This document shows positions 45,473 through 55,835 of a stretch of DNA of 64,000 nt, one piece after another. Under the pieces are notes generated by a model that had not been told where the DNA came from, made no database searches, and saw only the letters and a list, made by a program, of their open reading frames with translations. Source of the stretch: an uncultured cyanobacterium (GTDB lineage: Bacteria > Cyanobacteriota > Cyanobacteriia > Cyanobacteriales > CAWCAG01); the NCBI GenBank assembly GCA_963803805.1, contig CAWDOD010000011.1:320001-384000 (forward strand), read 5' to 3'. Every line of letters begins with the position of its first letter. The stretch's first letter is position 1. The position numbers and the translations under genes are program-made.

Positions 45473-46078
45473 TTAATTAATAAAACCTATTCTTTTTAAA
45501 GGCCAAAAACGAAAAACTGCCCGCCCAATAATTTGTTGTTTAGGTAAAGAACCCCAGACATGGGAATCATTGCTGTTGTTACGATTATCCCCCATCACAA
45601 ACAAATTGTTTTCTGGTACTTGTTGTTTGAATAGCTGATAATTAGGAGGTTCGGCGATGTAATTTTCTTTTAAAGGTACATCGTTTAAATAAACAGTCTT
45701 ATTTTGCACCGCAACTGTATCTCCCCCCTCACCTACCACTCTTTTAATAAAGGCTTGGTTAGCATCGTAACCTTGCATTTGTAATTGTAAGGGAGGTTGA
45801 AAAACAACGATATTTCCTTTGTGGGCTGAACTGAATAAAGAAGAAACTTTCTCTACAACAATGCGATCGCCTATTTCCAAAGTAGGTAACATGGAGTCGG
45901 AGGGAATGTAGCGAGGTTCAGCGATAAAGAAGCGAATAAAAAGAGAAATTGCTAATGCGAAGACAAGAATTTGCAGATTTTCCTTAATATTCTTACGGGT
46001 TAAGCTACCAAAAGATTGTTCTTGCTCAGAATCAGAAGAAGATTCTTTCTTTGTCAAATGTTCTTGCTCAGATGTCAT
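45473..46078 (-). CDS. lepB: Signal peptidase I
   Basis: IPSDSMLPTL, FIKRV and GDNRNNSNDS motifs; ATG 46078. Confidence 0.95.
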   Translation of the reverse strand: MTSEQEHLTKKESSSDSEQEQSFGSLTRKNIKENLQILVFALAISLFIRFFIAEPRYIPSDSMLPTLEIGDRIVVEKVSSLFSSAHKGNIVVFQPPLQLQMQGYDANQAFIKRVVGEGGDTVAVQNKTVYLNDVPLKENYIAEPPNYQLFKQQVPENNLFVMGDNRNNSNDSHVWGSLPKQQIIGRAVFRFWPLKRIGFIN

Positions 46079-46118
46079 ACTAAATAGTGTTTGGTTGCAG
46101 GGGTTATTGATGAGGGGC

Positions 46119-46144
46119 AAGTAATAAGTAATAAGTAATAAGTG
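46119..46144. repeat. Heptamer tandem repeat (AAGTAAT)x3
   Basis: aagtaat aagtaat aagtaat aagtg. Confidence 0.8.
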
Positions 46145-46286
46145 ATTGTTACTTAACTATGTTCGCATAGTGTATCCCATAAAGAGAAAACAAGTTACTT
46201 TTATACTGTACGGCTGCCATTACTCAAGCTAAACTAATGAGTGATAAGTAATAATTGATAATTGATCATTAGATCATTGCTAACTG

Positions 46287-47546
46287 ATGAGTTCTTGGCA
46301 AAAACGCCTTACCAATACTTGGAATAATGCTACAGGAAGTTTGACTAAACTTCTCCCTGTCGAACAAGTAACTCGTACTGCTGTAGGTTGGTTTAGCATC
46401 AGCGACGCTAGAGTGGCGGAGATTTTAGCCACTGTAAGGGCTGAATTACCTACCACAGAAGCTATTTTAATTGGTAAACCCCAAGCGGGTAAAAGTTCCA
46501 TTGTACGGGGTTTAACGGGGGTTTCAGCAGAGATTATTGGGCAAGGTTTTCGTCCCCATACTCAACACACAGAACGTTACGCCTATCCCTCTGGGGATCT
46601 GCCTTTGCTTATTTTTACTGATACCGTAGGCTTAGGAGACATTAACCAAAATATTGAGGCGGTGGTAGAGGAATTAGTAGGAGAATTAGACAAAGATAGT
46701 AACTGTGCCAGAATTTTAATTCTAACCGTTAAGATTAACGACTTCGCTACAGATACATTAAGACAAGTCGCCCAACAACTACACCAAAAATATCCCAATA
46801 TTCCCTGTTTGTTAACGGTAACTTGTCTGCACGAAATTTATCCTCCTGGTACAGAAGATCATCCAGATTATCCCCCTGATACAGAAGAAATTAACCGCAC
46901 TTTTACGGCTATTCAAGAAGACTTTGCTGAAAATTGTGATCGCGCTATCTTAATCGACTTTACCTTAGAAGAAGATGGCTACAACCCCGTTTTTTATGGT
47001 TTAGAAGCTTTACGAGATGCCCTTGCAGACTTGCTTCCTGAAGCAGAAGCAAAAGCTATCTATCAGTTGCTAGATGATAAAGACGCTGGTAAACAAATTG
47101 GCAACCTTTACCGAGATGTCGCCAGACGCTATATCCTCGCTTTTTCGATCATGGCTGCCACCCTTGCTGCTGTACCTCTCCCCTTCGCTACTATGCCTGT
47201 ACTAACCAGCATCCAGGTATCTTTAGTGGGGCTTTTAGGCAAGTTATATGGACAAACCCTTACCCCTTCCCAAGCAGGAGGAGTAGCTAGTGCGATCGCC
47301 GGGGGCTTTTTAGCCCAAGCAGTGGGGCGAGAGTTAGTTAAATTTATCCCCGGATTAGGTAGTGCGATCGCAGCTTCCTGGGCAGCAGCTTATACTTGGG
47401 CATTAGGAGAAGGTGCTTGTGTTTATTTTGGTGATTTAATGGGAGGCAAGAAACCAGATCCCAAGGAGATTCAGTCGGTGATGAAAGAAGCTTTTCAAGA
47501 GGCACAGAAGCGGTTTGGTGAAGGAATGAAGGGTAAGACTAAATAA
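46287..47546 (+). CDS. GTPase plus DUF697 (YcjF-like) domain protein
   Basis: GKPQAGKSS (P-loop), DTVG, C-terminal hydrophobic helices (VPLPFA...KFIPG.G). Confidence 0.85.
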   Translation: MSSWQKRLTNTWNNATGSLTKLLPVEQVTRTAVGWFSISDARVAEILATVRAELPTTEAILIGKPQAGKSSIVRGLTGVSAEIIGQGFRPHTQHTERYAYPSGDLPLLIFTDTVGLGDINQNIEAVVEELVGELDKDSNCARILILTVKINDFATDTLRQVAQQLHQKYPNIPCLLTVTCLHEIYPPGTEDHPDYPPDTEEINRTFTAIQEDFAENCDRAILIDFTLEEDGYNPVFYGLEALRDALADLLPEAEAKAIYQLLDDKDAGKQIGNLYRDVARRYILAFSIMAATLAAVPLPFATMPVLTSIQVSLVGLLGKLYGQTLTPSQAGGVASAIAGGFLAQAVGRELVKFIPGLGSAIAASWAAAYTWALGEGACVYFGDLMGGKKPDPKEIQSVMKEAFQEAQKRFGEGMKGKTK

Positions 47547-47549
47547 TCT

Positions 47550-47779
47550 GGTTCATAAGCATCTATCCCCATTGCTAACACCTGCAAGTCTTGCACATCC
47601 ACATGACGAGTATGGGTTAAGCTGAGACTGGGCATCAAACCAACACTGTATTTTTCGACGATGAATTGCTCATTATCTACTATGGTAGTAAGGGGAACAG
47701 AATGCAAACCCTCGTCAAGTATGAAAACAAGGTTGTTAATTTCTCGTTGTTGTAATTCTGCTTCTAAGGGGGCGATCGC
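47550..47779 (-). pseudogene. Internal fragment of a CHAT-domain protein gene
   Basis: AIAPLEAELQQREINNLVFILDEGLHSVPLTTIVDNEQFIVEKYSVGLMPSLSLTHTRHVDVQDLQVLAMG; in-frame TGA 8 codons upstream, and similarity is lost before the catalytic region. Confidence 0.75.
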
Positions 47780-47858
47780 ACTAAGCTTAGGATTTTTCCA
47801 TCAAACAACTGTTCTTGTAAATCAATAGGGAAAAGTTAGTAGCAGCAAACTTTAACAA

Positions 47859-48128
47859 TTAATCGACAATAATCAAACCCTCATTATTTTCTGGTTCATT
47901 CATCTCTTCAAGAGTTTTCCAACCTGCTTCCCACACAGCCGGATCTTTTAACTGCTTGGCATTAACCCAAAAACGCACTGTAGGATCACAAGAAGATACC
48001 ATCTCCGCAAATACCCATTTACCTTGGTTTTTACGATTAACTGCCTCAAAGTGCCGCCAACCGAAAGTTTTTTGACAAGCTGTCCATTTAGAACCGAGTA
48101 AGTAAGGAAATTTTTGTTTTTTCGCCAT
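47859..48128 (-). CDS. TIGR02450-type Trp-rich conserved protein
   Basis: GSKWTA...GWRHF...W.AGW pattern. Confidence 0.85.
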   Translation of the reverse strand: MAKKQKFPYLLGSKWTACQKTFGWRHFEAVNRKNQGKWVFAEMVSSCDPTVRFWVNAKQLKDPAVWEAGWKTLEEMNEPENNEGLIIVD

Positions 48129-48195
48129 AGAGGTAGGGAGGTGGGGAGATAGGGAGATGGGGAAAAGAAGGAAACTAAGTTAAGGCTAATTGCAA

Positions 48196-48783
48196 CTAAA
48201 TCTTCTTCTTGCCGATGAAATAAGCAGAGATAATACCACCAACAAAACCAAATAAATGTCCTTCCCAGGAAACGCGAGGATCTGTAGGCAATACCCCCCA
48301 AATTAAACCACCGTAGAGAATACCGACTGCAATAGAAAGGAAAATAGAAGGTAGGTTGCGTTGAAAAAAGCCTCGCAGCAGTAGAAAGCCTAAATAACCA
48401 AAAATTAAACTACTAGCCCCTATATGCACAGAATTAGGAGAACCCAATAACCATGTCCCCAAACCACTAACCACCATCGTAATCAAAGTGACGAGGAAAA
48501 AATCGCTGGTTTCTTGCAACATCACCAACCAACCTAAAGTGATGAAGGGTAATGTATTGGCGATTAGATGTCTAAAGCCTCCATGGAGAAATGGCGCAAA
48601 TAAAATACCCCGCAAGCCAATAATATTGTGGGGAACAATACCATATTGATCTAATCCTCCTCTGCCATGGAAAACAACAAAGTCGATAATTTCTAAAATC
48701 CAAAAAATCGCTACAAATATTCCCAGGATAGTCCCTTGGCTAGTTAATTCCTGGGCAATTCCTTTCTTATCTTGCTTACTCAT
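48196..48783 (-). CDS. Rhomboid family intramembrane serine protease
   Basis: PFLHGGFRHLIAN, HIGASS and WEGHLFG motifs. Confidence 0.93.
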   Translation of the reverse strand: MSKQDKKGIAQELTSQGTILGIFVAIFWILEIIDFVVFHGRGGLDQYGIVPHNIIGLRGILFAPFLHGGFRHLIANTLPFITLGWLVMLQETSDFFLVTLITMVVSGLGTWLLGSPNSVHIGASSLIFGYLGFLLLRGFFQRNLPSIFLSIAVGILYGGLIWGVLPTDPRVSWEGHLFGFVGGIISAYFIGKKKI

Positions 48784-48952
48784 GGTTATTGCGCTGGGGA
48801 AACTGTATTTTTACCCTACATATCTAAAGTAGCAAAAACATTAGATTGGCTGAATTGCTAATGGTACGAAGTTTGGTTTTCCCCTCCTCTTCACAAAAAC
48901 CTTGGTAAGCTATAAAAGCACTTTAGGATATAAAGGGGCAAGAAAAATAACT

Positions 48953-49693
48953 ATGATAGCTTTTTGGCTAACAGTAGCAAGTTTCGTAGGCTGGTTTGTT
49001 AGTACTTTAGCAGGGGGTGGTAGTTCTTTGATTTTACTACCCTTAATCAGTATTTTCCTGGGAACGGCTGCGGTTGCCCCTGTAATAACTACCGGAATGC
49101 TTTTCGGAAATGGGCAAAGAGTCATTCTGTATTGGCAAAATATTTGCTGGAAAATCACCTTGTGGTACTTACCTGGTGCTATTTTTGGTGCTATTTTAGG
49201 AGCTTTTGTTTTTACAAGAACAGAAATTACTTGGCTTAATCTTCTTCTTGCTATTTTTATCTTAGCTTCGGTTGTTGGTTATGGTTTTGGAGAAAAAACG
49301 AAATCCTTTACTGTTCGTACTTGGTACTTCTTACCAGGGGGTTTTTTTTATGCTTTTCTTTCTGGTTTAATTGGTAGTGCAGGGCCTTTATTAACCAGTT
49401 TTTATCTCAATTACGGCTTAAAAAAAGAAGAATTAATAGCTACGAAAGCAACTGATATTTTATTCGTACATATAATTAAAATAATTGCCTACTCTGTGTT
49501 TGGCACTTGGCATTCCTCTTATTTAATCTACGGTATAGTAATAGGTATAGCTGCATTTCCCGGTAACTGGCTAGGTCAAATAGCTTTACAAAAAATCAGC
49601 GAAAATCGCTTCAGGCAAATGGTGATTGCTTTTATTACTTTCAGTGGAATGTTGATGTTATGGCAGCAACGGCAGTTCTTACTATTTTGGTGA
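48953..49693 (+). CDS. Sulfite exporter TauE/SafE family permease
   Basis: Multi-TM, AGGGSS and SGLIGSAGP repeats; ATG 48953. Confidence 0.85.
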   Translation: MIAFWLTVASFVGWFVSTLAGGGSSLILLPLISIFLGTAAVAPVITTGMLFGNGQRVILYWQNICWKITLWYLPGAIFGAILGAFVFTRTEITWLNLLLAIFILASVVGYGFGEKTKSFTVRTWYFLPGGFFYAFLSGLIGSAGPLLTSFYLNYGLKKEELIATKATDILFVHIIKIIAYSVFGTWHSSYLIYGIVIGIAAFPGNWLGQIALQKISENRFRQMVIAFITFSGMLMLWQQRQFLLFW

Positions 49694-49856
49694 TCTCTGC
49701 GTAACCCCATCGTTCCCTCATCCCCTTCTCAGGGAAATTTAAGTTGGGCTTTGTTTAATACTTCTATGTATACAAGATTCAAGTTAATAATTGATAATTG
49801 TACGGCTTTGCCGTTGTCGTAGACTAAGTTAATGATTGCAAAAAGGAAAATTACTT

Positions 49857-51041
49857 GTGACTGAAATCGCTACGGATCGACAAAAGGCAAACACATCAGA
49901 GTTATTGGCATATAGCGTAGAAAATGCTGTATTGGACAGATATCAAGCGGGGGCAAAAGAAGTACAACCTAGCTTATGTTGTCCCACAGAATATGAAGGT
50001 AATTACCTCGATATTCTACCAGAGGAGATAATTGCTAAAGATTATGGTTGTGGCGATCCTACCCGTTATGTCCGTGAGGGAGAAACAGTAGTAGATTTGG
50101 GTTCTGGCGCAGGGAAAAATTGTTATATGCTTGCCCAAAAAGTTGGTTCCCAGGGCAAGATTATTGGTGTTGATTTTAATGATGAGATGCTGGATTTAGC
50201 AAGGAAGTATCAAGAAGAAATAGCTGCTAAAATTGGCTACCACAATACCAATTTTGTCAAGGGTAAAATCCAAGACTTGAAGTTAGATTGGGGCAAAATG
50301 CAAACCTGGTTGCAACAAAACCCCATTGCTTCTTTGCCTGAGATGGAAGCCTTTGAAGCAGAAGGCGATCGCCTAAGAATTCAAGAACCTTTGATAGCTG
50401 ATGAAAGTGTTGATGTGGTGATTTCCAACTGCGTTCTCAACCTTGTTCGTCCTCAAGATAAGCAACAACTATTCCAAGAAATTCACCGGGTTCTCAAACG
50501 AGGAGGTAGGGCGGTTATTTCTGATATTGTTTGTGATGAAAATCCTACAGCTAATATTCTCCAAGATCCCGATTTATGGAGTGGCTGCATTGCTGGGGCT
50601 TTTCGTGAAGACGAATTTTTAGCTATGTTTGAAAAAGCTAGTTTTTATGGTATTGAGATTCTTAATCGTCAAATAGAACCTTGGCAGGTTATTGATGGTA
50701 TTGAGTTTCGTTCCTTAACAGTACGGGCTTATAAAGGCAAAGAAGGTGATTGTTTAGAACGTAACCAAGCTGTGGTTTATAAAGGCCCTTGGAAGGAAGT
50801 TAAAGACGATGATGGTCATACTTTTTACCGAGGAAAGCGTATGGCAGTTTGCGATAAAACTTTTCAGATTTTAACCAATCCTGGAGGGGCTTACAGTGAA
50901 GATATTATTGCGATTGAACCTTATCAAGAGGTTAGATTAGAAGAAGCCCAAGAGTTTAAATGCAAAACCGATGCAATTCGTCATCCTAAAGAAAGCAAGG
51001 GAACAGATTATCAGCTAAATATGACCAACACTTGTTGTTAG
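49857..51041 (+). CDS. arsM: Arsenite methyltransferase-like SAM methyltransferase
   Basis: LCCP, YGCGDP, DLGSGAG, ISNCV, WSGCIAGA and C-terminal CC; directly upstream of arsS; GTG 49857. Confidence 0.75.
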   Translation: MTEIATDRQKANTSELLAYSVENAVLDRYQAGAKEVQPSLCCPTEYEGNYLDILPEEIIAKDYGCGDPTRYVREGETVVDLGSGAGKNCYMLAQKVGSQGKIIGVDFNDEMLDLARKYQEEIAAKIGYHNTNFVKGKIQDLKLDWGKMQTWLQQNPIASLPEMEAFEAEGDRLRIQEPLIADESVDVVISNCVLNLVRPQDKQQLFQEIHRVLKRGGRAVISDIVCDENPTANILQDPDLWSGCIAGAFREDEFLAMFEKASFYGIEILNRQIEPWQVIDGIEFRSLTVRAYKGKEGDCLERNQAVVYKGPWKEVKDDDGHTFYRGKRMAVCDKTFQILTNPGGAYSEDIIAIEPYQEVRLEEAQEFKCKTDAIRHPKESKGTDYQLNMTNTCC

Positions 51042-51062
51042 TTAAAAAGTAATAGGTAATAT

Positions 51063-51112
51063 TATCACCTATCACCTATCACCTATTACATATCATCTAT
51101 TACCTATCACCT
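51063..51112. repeat. Degenerate heptamer tandem repeat (TATCACC)n between arsM and arsS
   Basis: tatcacc tatcacc tatcacc tattaca tatcatc tattacc tatcacc. Confidence 0.85.
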
Positions 51113-51116
51113 AAAG

Positions 51117-52124
51117 ATGCTTCAATCTCCAACCAAAAAGCAATTAGACAAAGTAACTCCCTTTGCAGAAAAAATAGTTACTCCTTTAAATAAGCAAAAA
51201 ATTACTGTCCTGCAAATCAATTTAGGGCGGCGTTGTAACCTCGCTTGTACTCACTGCCATGTAGAAGCTAGTCCAAAACGAACAGAAGAATTATCTCCAG
51301 AAATTTGTCAACAACTAATTGAGGTGATTAACAGTTTTCCTCAAATTGAAACTGTTGACTTAACAGGTGGTGCGCCGGAGATGAATTACGGTTTTCGAGA
51401 TTTAGTAGCCGCAGCAAGAAGTCAAAATAAAGAGGTAATTGTCCGCTCTAATTTAACTATTTTCTTTGAACTAGGATATACAGATTTACCAGAGTATTTT
51501 GCTGAAAACAAGCTTAGGGTAGTTGCTTCTTTACCTTGTTATTTAGAAGACAATGTTGATAAGCAAAGGGGGGCAGGAGTTTATCACAATTCTATTCAAG
51601 CTATCCAAAAACTGAACAATTTAGGCTATGGTAGAACCCCGGATTTGATTATTGATTTAGTTTATAATCCTGCCCTGCCCATTGATGAAAACTTTTCCCT
51701 AACTCCTGAGCAAGAAAAGTTGGAATCTGACTACAAAACTTATTTACAAAAACACTTTGATATTCAGTTCAATAACCTTTTCACTATCACCAATATTCCT
51801 GTTGGTAGAACTAAACAGTTTTTGCAGCGTCGTCAGTTACATCAACCCTACCTTAAGTTTTTAGAAGCAAGTTATAACCCGGCAACTGTACCTGCCTTAA
51901 TGTGCCGCAATGAACTTTCTATTGATTATTTAGGAAATATTTACGACTGTGACTTTAACCAAATGGCAAATCTTTTTGTCGCAACTCCGCAAGGAGAAAA
52001 GTTAACTGTAGAGAAGTTGTTGGAATTAAATGATCTTGATGTTATTCAAGAGATAAAAACTGCTACTTATTGTTATGGTTGTACGGCGGGAAGTGGTTCT
52101 AGTTGTGGGGGAGCATTGATTTAA
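51117..52124 (+). CDS. arsS: Arsenosugar biosynthesis radical SAM protein
   Basis: CNLACTHC, DLTGGAPE, YDCDFNQ and C-terminal CYGCTAGSGSSCGGAL. Confidence 0.9.
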   Translation: MLQSPTKKQLDKVTPFAEKIVTPLNKQKITVLQINLGRRCNLACTHCHVEASPKRTEELSPEICQQLIEVINSFPQIETVDLTGGAPEMNYGFRDLVAAARSQNKEVIVRSNLTIFFELGYTDLPEYFAENKLRVVASLPCYLEDNVDKQRGAGVYHNSIQAIQKLNNLGYGRTPDLIIDLVYNPALPIDENFSLTPEQEKLESDYKTYLQKHFDIQFNNLFTITNIPVGRTKQFLQRRQLHQPYLKFLEASYNPATVPALMCRNELSIDYLGNIYDCDFNQMANLFVATPQGEKLTVEKLLELNDLDVIQEIKTATYCYGCTAGSGSSCGGALI

Positions 52125-52228
52125 AGTAATAAGTGATAAGCTAGTCGCTAGTCGCTAGTTGCTAAAATCTTATAGTTGGTGAGGATATTTTATTTATTGA
52201 AGTTCTCTTAAGGGGAGGAAATTTAATT

Positions 52229-52933
52229 TTGGAACCTATGGATTCTGCCAATTCAGATGAGAGTGAAGTGAAAAAAGAGACGAAGAAGCTTTGGTTGAAA
52301 CTAATTATTACTGCTGTAATTATCGCTGCTGTAATTATTATTATTAATCAAACAGAATTAACGGATTTTATTCAACCAGAAAAGCTACAAGAGTTAGCGG
52401 ATCAAGCAGGAGTTTTTGCTCCTTTAGGATATATTCTTATCTATATCGTTGCCGCAGTATTTGGTATACCGGGAACAATTTTAACCCTATCTTCTGGGGC
52501 TGTATTTGGGCCTTTTTGGGGAACTTTATGGACAGTAATTGGTGCAACATTAGGGGCAACGGCTGCATTTTTAGTAGCGAGATTTGTTGCTGGAGATTGG
52601 GCTAAACAGCAATTTGCGAAAGGCGATCGCTTAAGGAAAATTCAAGCAGGTTTAGAAGAAGAAGGTTTTCAATATGCTTTAACTATTCGCTTAGCACCAA
52701 TTTTCCCTTTCAATGCTGTTAATTACCTTTTTGGCTTAACACCTATCCCCCTCGGTGCTTATATTCTGGCTACAGCAATCGGTATATTACCAGGAACCTT
52801 TGCTTATAGTTGGTTAGGAAGAGGTGGTACAGAAGCTTTAGCAGGGGGGCCACCTTGGCAATTGGTAGGTGCGTTAGCTGTCTTGGCATTACTTTCTGCT
52901 ACACCTATAGCTATCAAGAAATTTAAAAATTAA
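52229..52933 (+). CDS. TVP38/TMEM64 (DedA, SNARE-associated) membrane protein
   Basis: PGTILTL..GA.FG and RLAPIFPF..NY motifs. Confidence 0.9.
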   Translation: MEPMDSANSDESEVKKETKKLWLKLIITAVIIAAVIIIINQTELTDFIQPEKLQELADQAGVFAPLGYILIYIVAAVFGIPGTILTLSSGAVFGPFWGTLWTVIGATLGATAAFLVARFVAGDWAKQQFAKGDRLRKIQAGLEEEGFQYALTIRLAPIFPFNAVNYLFGLTPIPLGAYILATAIGILPGTFAYSWLGRGGTEALAGGPPWQLVGALAVLALLSATPIAIKKFKN

Positions 52934-53028
52934 TGATAAATAATACCAACAAAACTATTTGACATTCAAGACAATCGCTGTACCCTACCCTAACAAAATG
53001 TTAAATTAATTTTGCCCAAGTACTTAAG

Positions 53029-53880
53029 TCAATCAACTATAATTTCAATGCGGCGATTAAGTTGTTGACTATTCTCATTGCTGTTTTCCACCAAAGGGCG
53101 AGTCTCTCCGTAGCCTACCACCAATAAACGATACTTTTGCCCCAAAGCATTAGCTAAATATTGCTTAACTTCTTGGGCGCGTCGAAAAGATAATTCGCGA
53201 TTATCCTCTGCTTTATCACTGCTGTGGGTATGAGCAGAAATACGAATAGTTTCTCCTTCATATTGCCGCAGATCGTTAATAATTTTATCTAAAATTGAAT
53301 TCGCTTCTGCTGATAAAGTGCTACTTGTTCCGGTGAAGAGAACATCGCTAGGAAGAGTAACCTTTAACTTATTATCATCATTTCTCCCCTCATCTATCAC
53401 AACTTGACTTTCTTCGGGGCTAGGGATGGGTTGAGATTGGAGGTTTTCTTGAAGAATCTTCAACCTCTCGTCTAAAGGTAACTCAGAATCACTACTTCCT
53501 AACTCACTTTCCAGTTGAACTGCACGACTATTTAAAGCATTTAACTGGGCTTGGAGTCCCTGAACTTCATTTTGTAACTCTTGCCTCTTCTCCACCGTTA
53601 ATTCAGAAGCCGGATTGCTGGGGACAGAATTCTGAGAAGTACTCCCTTGGACTTCAACTAACTCCTCTTTATCCTGTAATAATTGCCAAACTTTTACTCC
53701 TAAAGGTTTGCCAGGATTAACTTGGGGTTTAAAAACTCCTAAAAGTACCCCGGCGATAAAAGCCAAACTTCCCCCAACTCCTAACAACAAACATTGCAGC
53801 AAAATTACCTTCCACCAAGAAACCTTAGTCTTTGTAGGGGAGGGAGATTTTTTTGAAGAAGATTCTACGATTGGAGTCAC
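53029..53880 (-). CDS. OmpA/MotB-like peptidoglycan-binding protein with N-terminal TM and coiled coil
   Basis: LPSDVLF, HT, LSFRRA, GYGE.RP and NRRIEI motifs. Confidence 0.88.
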   Translation of the reverse strand: MTPIVESSSKKSPSPTKTKVSWWKVILLQCLLLGVGGSLAFIAGVLLGVFKPQVNPGKPLGVKVWQLLQDKEELVEVQGSTSQNSVPSNPASELTVEKRQELQNEVQGLQAQLNALNSRAVQLESELGSSDSELPLDERLKILQENLQSQPIPSPEESQVVIDEGRNDDNKLKVTLPSDVLFTGTSSTLSAEANSILDKIINDLRQYEGETIRISAHTHSSDKAEDNRELSFRRAQEVKQYLANALGQKYRLLVVGYGETRPLVENSNENSQQLNRRIEIIVD

Positions 53881-54147
53881 TGCTTTTCCTTACCTTTTAG
53901 CCGTATCCTTATGATCCCACCAAGGATTTGTTATCTTAATTCGTTTTGATCTGCCCACATAACACTCCAAAGTTAGAATTTGTGATCTTGTTTTGTATCA
54001 CTTCGTAAATTAATAATGAAAATTTAGCTTAGAGAGGGGTGTAAATTCAACTAAGTTGCTATACATAGGTATAAGGATACTGCAAGAGTTCCTTTGGCAT
54101 CACTCCTCACACCAAAAACGAAGTTTAGCAACCCCACTCTACTCACC

Positions 54148-55000
54148 ATGTTTAGACTCTTTCTTTATTTCTTATCTGCTACTCTGTTGCTAATTGCTTC
54201 TAGTCCATCGGCTAAAGCCAATCGGGATGAAGTGCCACAGGTAGTTGTTCCTGCATATCCCCACACTTCATCCCAGACCCCAATGATATTGCCAAGTTCT
54301 TCCTCTGACATGATTCAAGCCGAATTTAAAAGCGACCCTTTAGATAGTCCTCATCCTGTTCCTTGGAATTGGGTTTTGGAAACTAACGAAAATTTAAAAC
54401 GAAATGAAAGTTCTGGGGTCAATTATTACCGCAGTCCTTCTTTAATATCTCCCGATGGAACCTATGCAGCTTATAGTAGGATTCAGATGGAAGGAAGACC
54501 AGAGTTGTTCCGCAGTCGTGTTACCAGCGTAATGTTTCTCGAAAACCTACGTACAGGGGACTTGCAAACTATTACAGCTTCCTCTCCTTTAGCCGATAAC
54601 CCTTTCAATAGTAACGAAGAAGCGACGAAGGCCAGGAAAAATTTCTATTTTAATCCCCGTTTCTTGGTCAGATTCAGGCGATCGCGTTTTAGCCAGACAA
54701 TTTGAAGGTTTCTTTAATACCTCTGATGCTTCTGATTACGCAGTTATTTGGGAACGAAGTACCAATCGCACCGTAACTGTTGCCCCAGAAAATGACCTTT
54801 ATACTAACGCTGTCTTACTCGGTTGGAGTGAAACAGCCCCCCATCAAGTACTATTTCGCGCCGGAACTTTAGGAGAAGAAAATTGGCCTCTATGGGCAGT
54901 TGATAGCGAGGGTCAAACCATGCTTGCTAGTGAAGATAGACCTATTGTCTACGGTCAAGTAATTAACAAAGTTTGGAGTGGGCCTCAAGCCCGTTGGTAA
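54148..55000 (+). pseudogene. Conserved exported cyanobacterial protein, frameshifted near 54630
   Basis: Signal peptide from ATG 54148 and DPLDSPHPVPWNW motif. After ...EEATK the +1 frame reads PGKISILIPVSWSDSGDRVLARQFEG...WSGPQARW* to TAA 55000. Confidence 0.8.
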
Positions 55001-55132
55001 AGACAAGTTAAAAGGCAAGGAATTATAACTGTTACGACTTCCTAAACTATAAAATTTCATTGAGTTTCCTTCCTTATACAGTAGTTAAGCCTTTAAACTC
55101 GGTTTGATTAGAAATAAAATTACAAAAATCCT

Positions 55133-55720
55133 ATGGCTTACTTTTGGTTTAAAGCATTTCACCTAATTGGTGTCGTAGTTTGGTTTGCTGGTTTATTTTA
55201 TTTAGTACGTTTATTTGTTTACCACGCCGAAGCGAATGAGCAACCTGAACCTGCCCAAACTATTCTCAAAACTCAATATGAATTGATGGAGAAGCGGCTG
55301 TATAGCATCATCACAACTCCGGGAATGCTTGTTACGGTGGCTATGGCTATTGGCTTGATTTCTACTGAACCAGAAATCTTAAAATCTGGTTGGTTACACG
55401 CCAAATTAGCCCTGGTTTTAGTTTTAATTGGCTATCATCACTACTGCAAACGCTTAATGAAACAGTTAGCCGCCGGAACTTGTCAGTGGACTGGACAACA
55501 GTTTCGCGCTCTCAATGAAGCCCCAACAATTTTATTAGTAACAATTGTGCTATTGGCAGTGTTTAAAAATAATCTCCCTTTAGACTTAACCACCTGGTTA
55601 ATTGTGGCTTTAGTAGTTGCGATGATTGCAAGTATTCAACTTTACGCTAAGAAACGCCGTAAAGACAAAGAATTGTCCCAAGGGCAAATGCCTACTGAAC
55701 CAGAAGCTTTATCTAGTTGA
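55133..55720 (+). CDS. hemJ: Protoporphyrinogen IX oxidase HemJ
   Basis: WFKAFH...WFAGLFYL.RLFVYH, ME.RL, WLHAKL and FRALNEAP motifs. Confidence 0.95.
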   Translation: MAYFWFKAFHLIGVVVWFAGLFYLVRLFVYHAEANEQPEPAQTILKTQYELMEKRLYSIITTPGMLVTVAMAIGLISTEPEILKSGWLHAKLALVLVLIGYHHYCKRLMKQLAAGTCQWTGQQFRALNEAPTILLVTIVLLAVFKNNLPLDLTTWLIVALVVAMIASIQLYAKKRRKDKELSQGQMPTEPEALSS

Positions 55721-55835
55721 ACCCTGAAGTGGGCAAGTTAAAAATAAATACTGGTTTTAAGCATAACTCTCAGCTTGCCCTCTCCCCAGCAATTTTAGTA
55801 TCATTGGTGACTAGATTTCCCTGGTCATCACGTCT

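Noticed and set aside
47948-48301. 117-aa minus-strand ORF
   Set aside because: Overlaps two well-supported genes in another frame and spans a purine-rich octamer repeat.
52085-52124. Selenocysteine recoding in arsS
   Set aside because: The relevant codon is TGT (Cys) and the gene ends at TAA.
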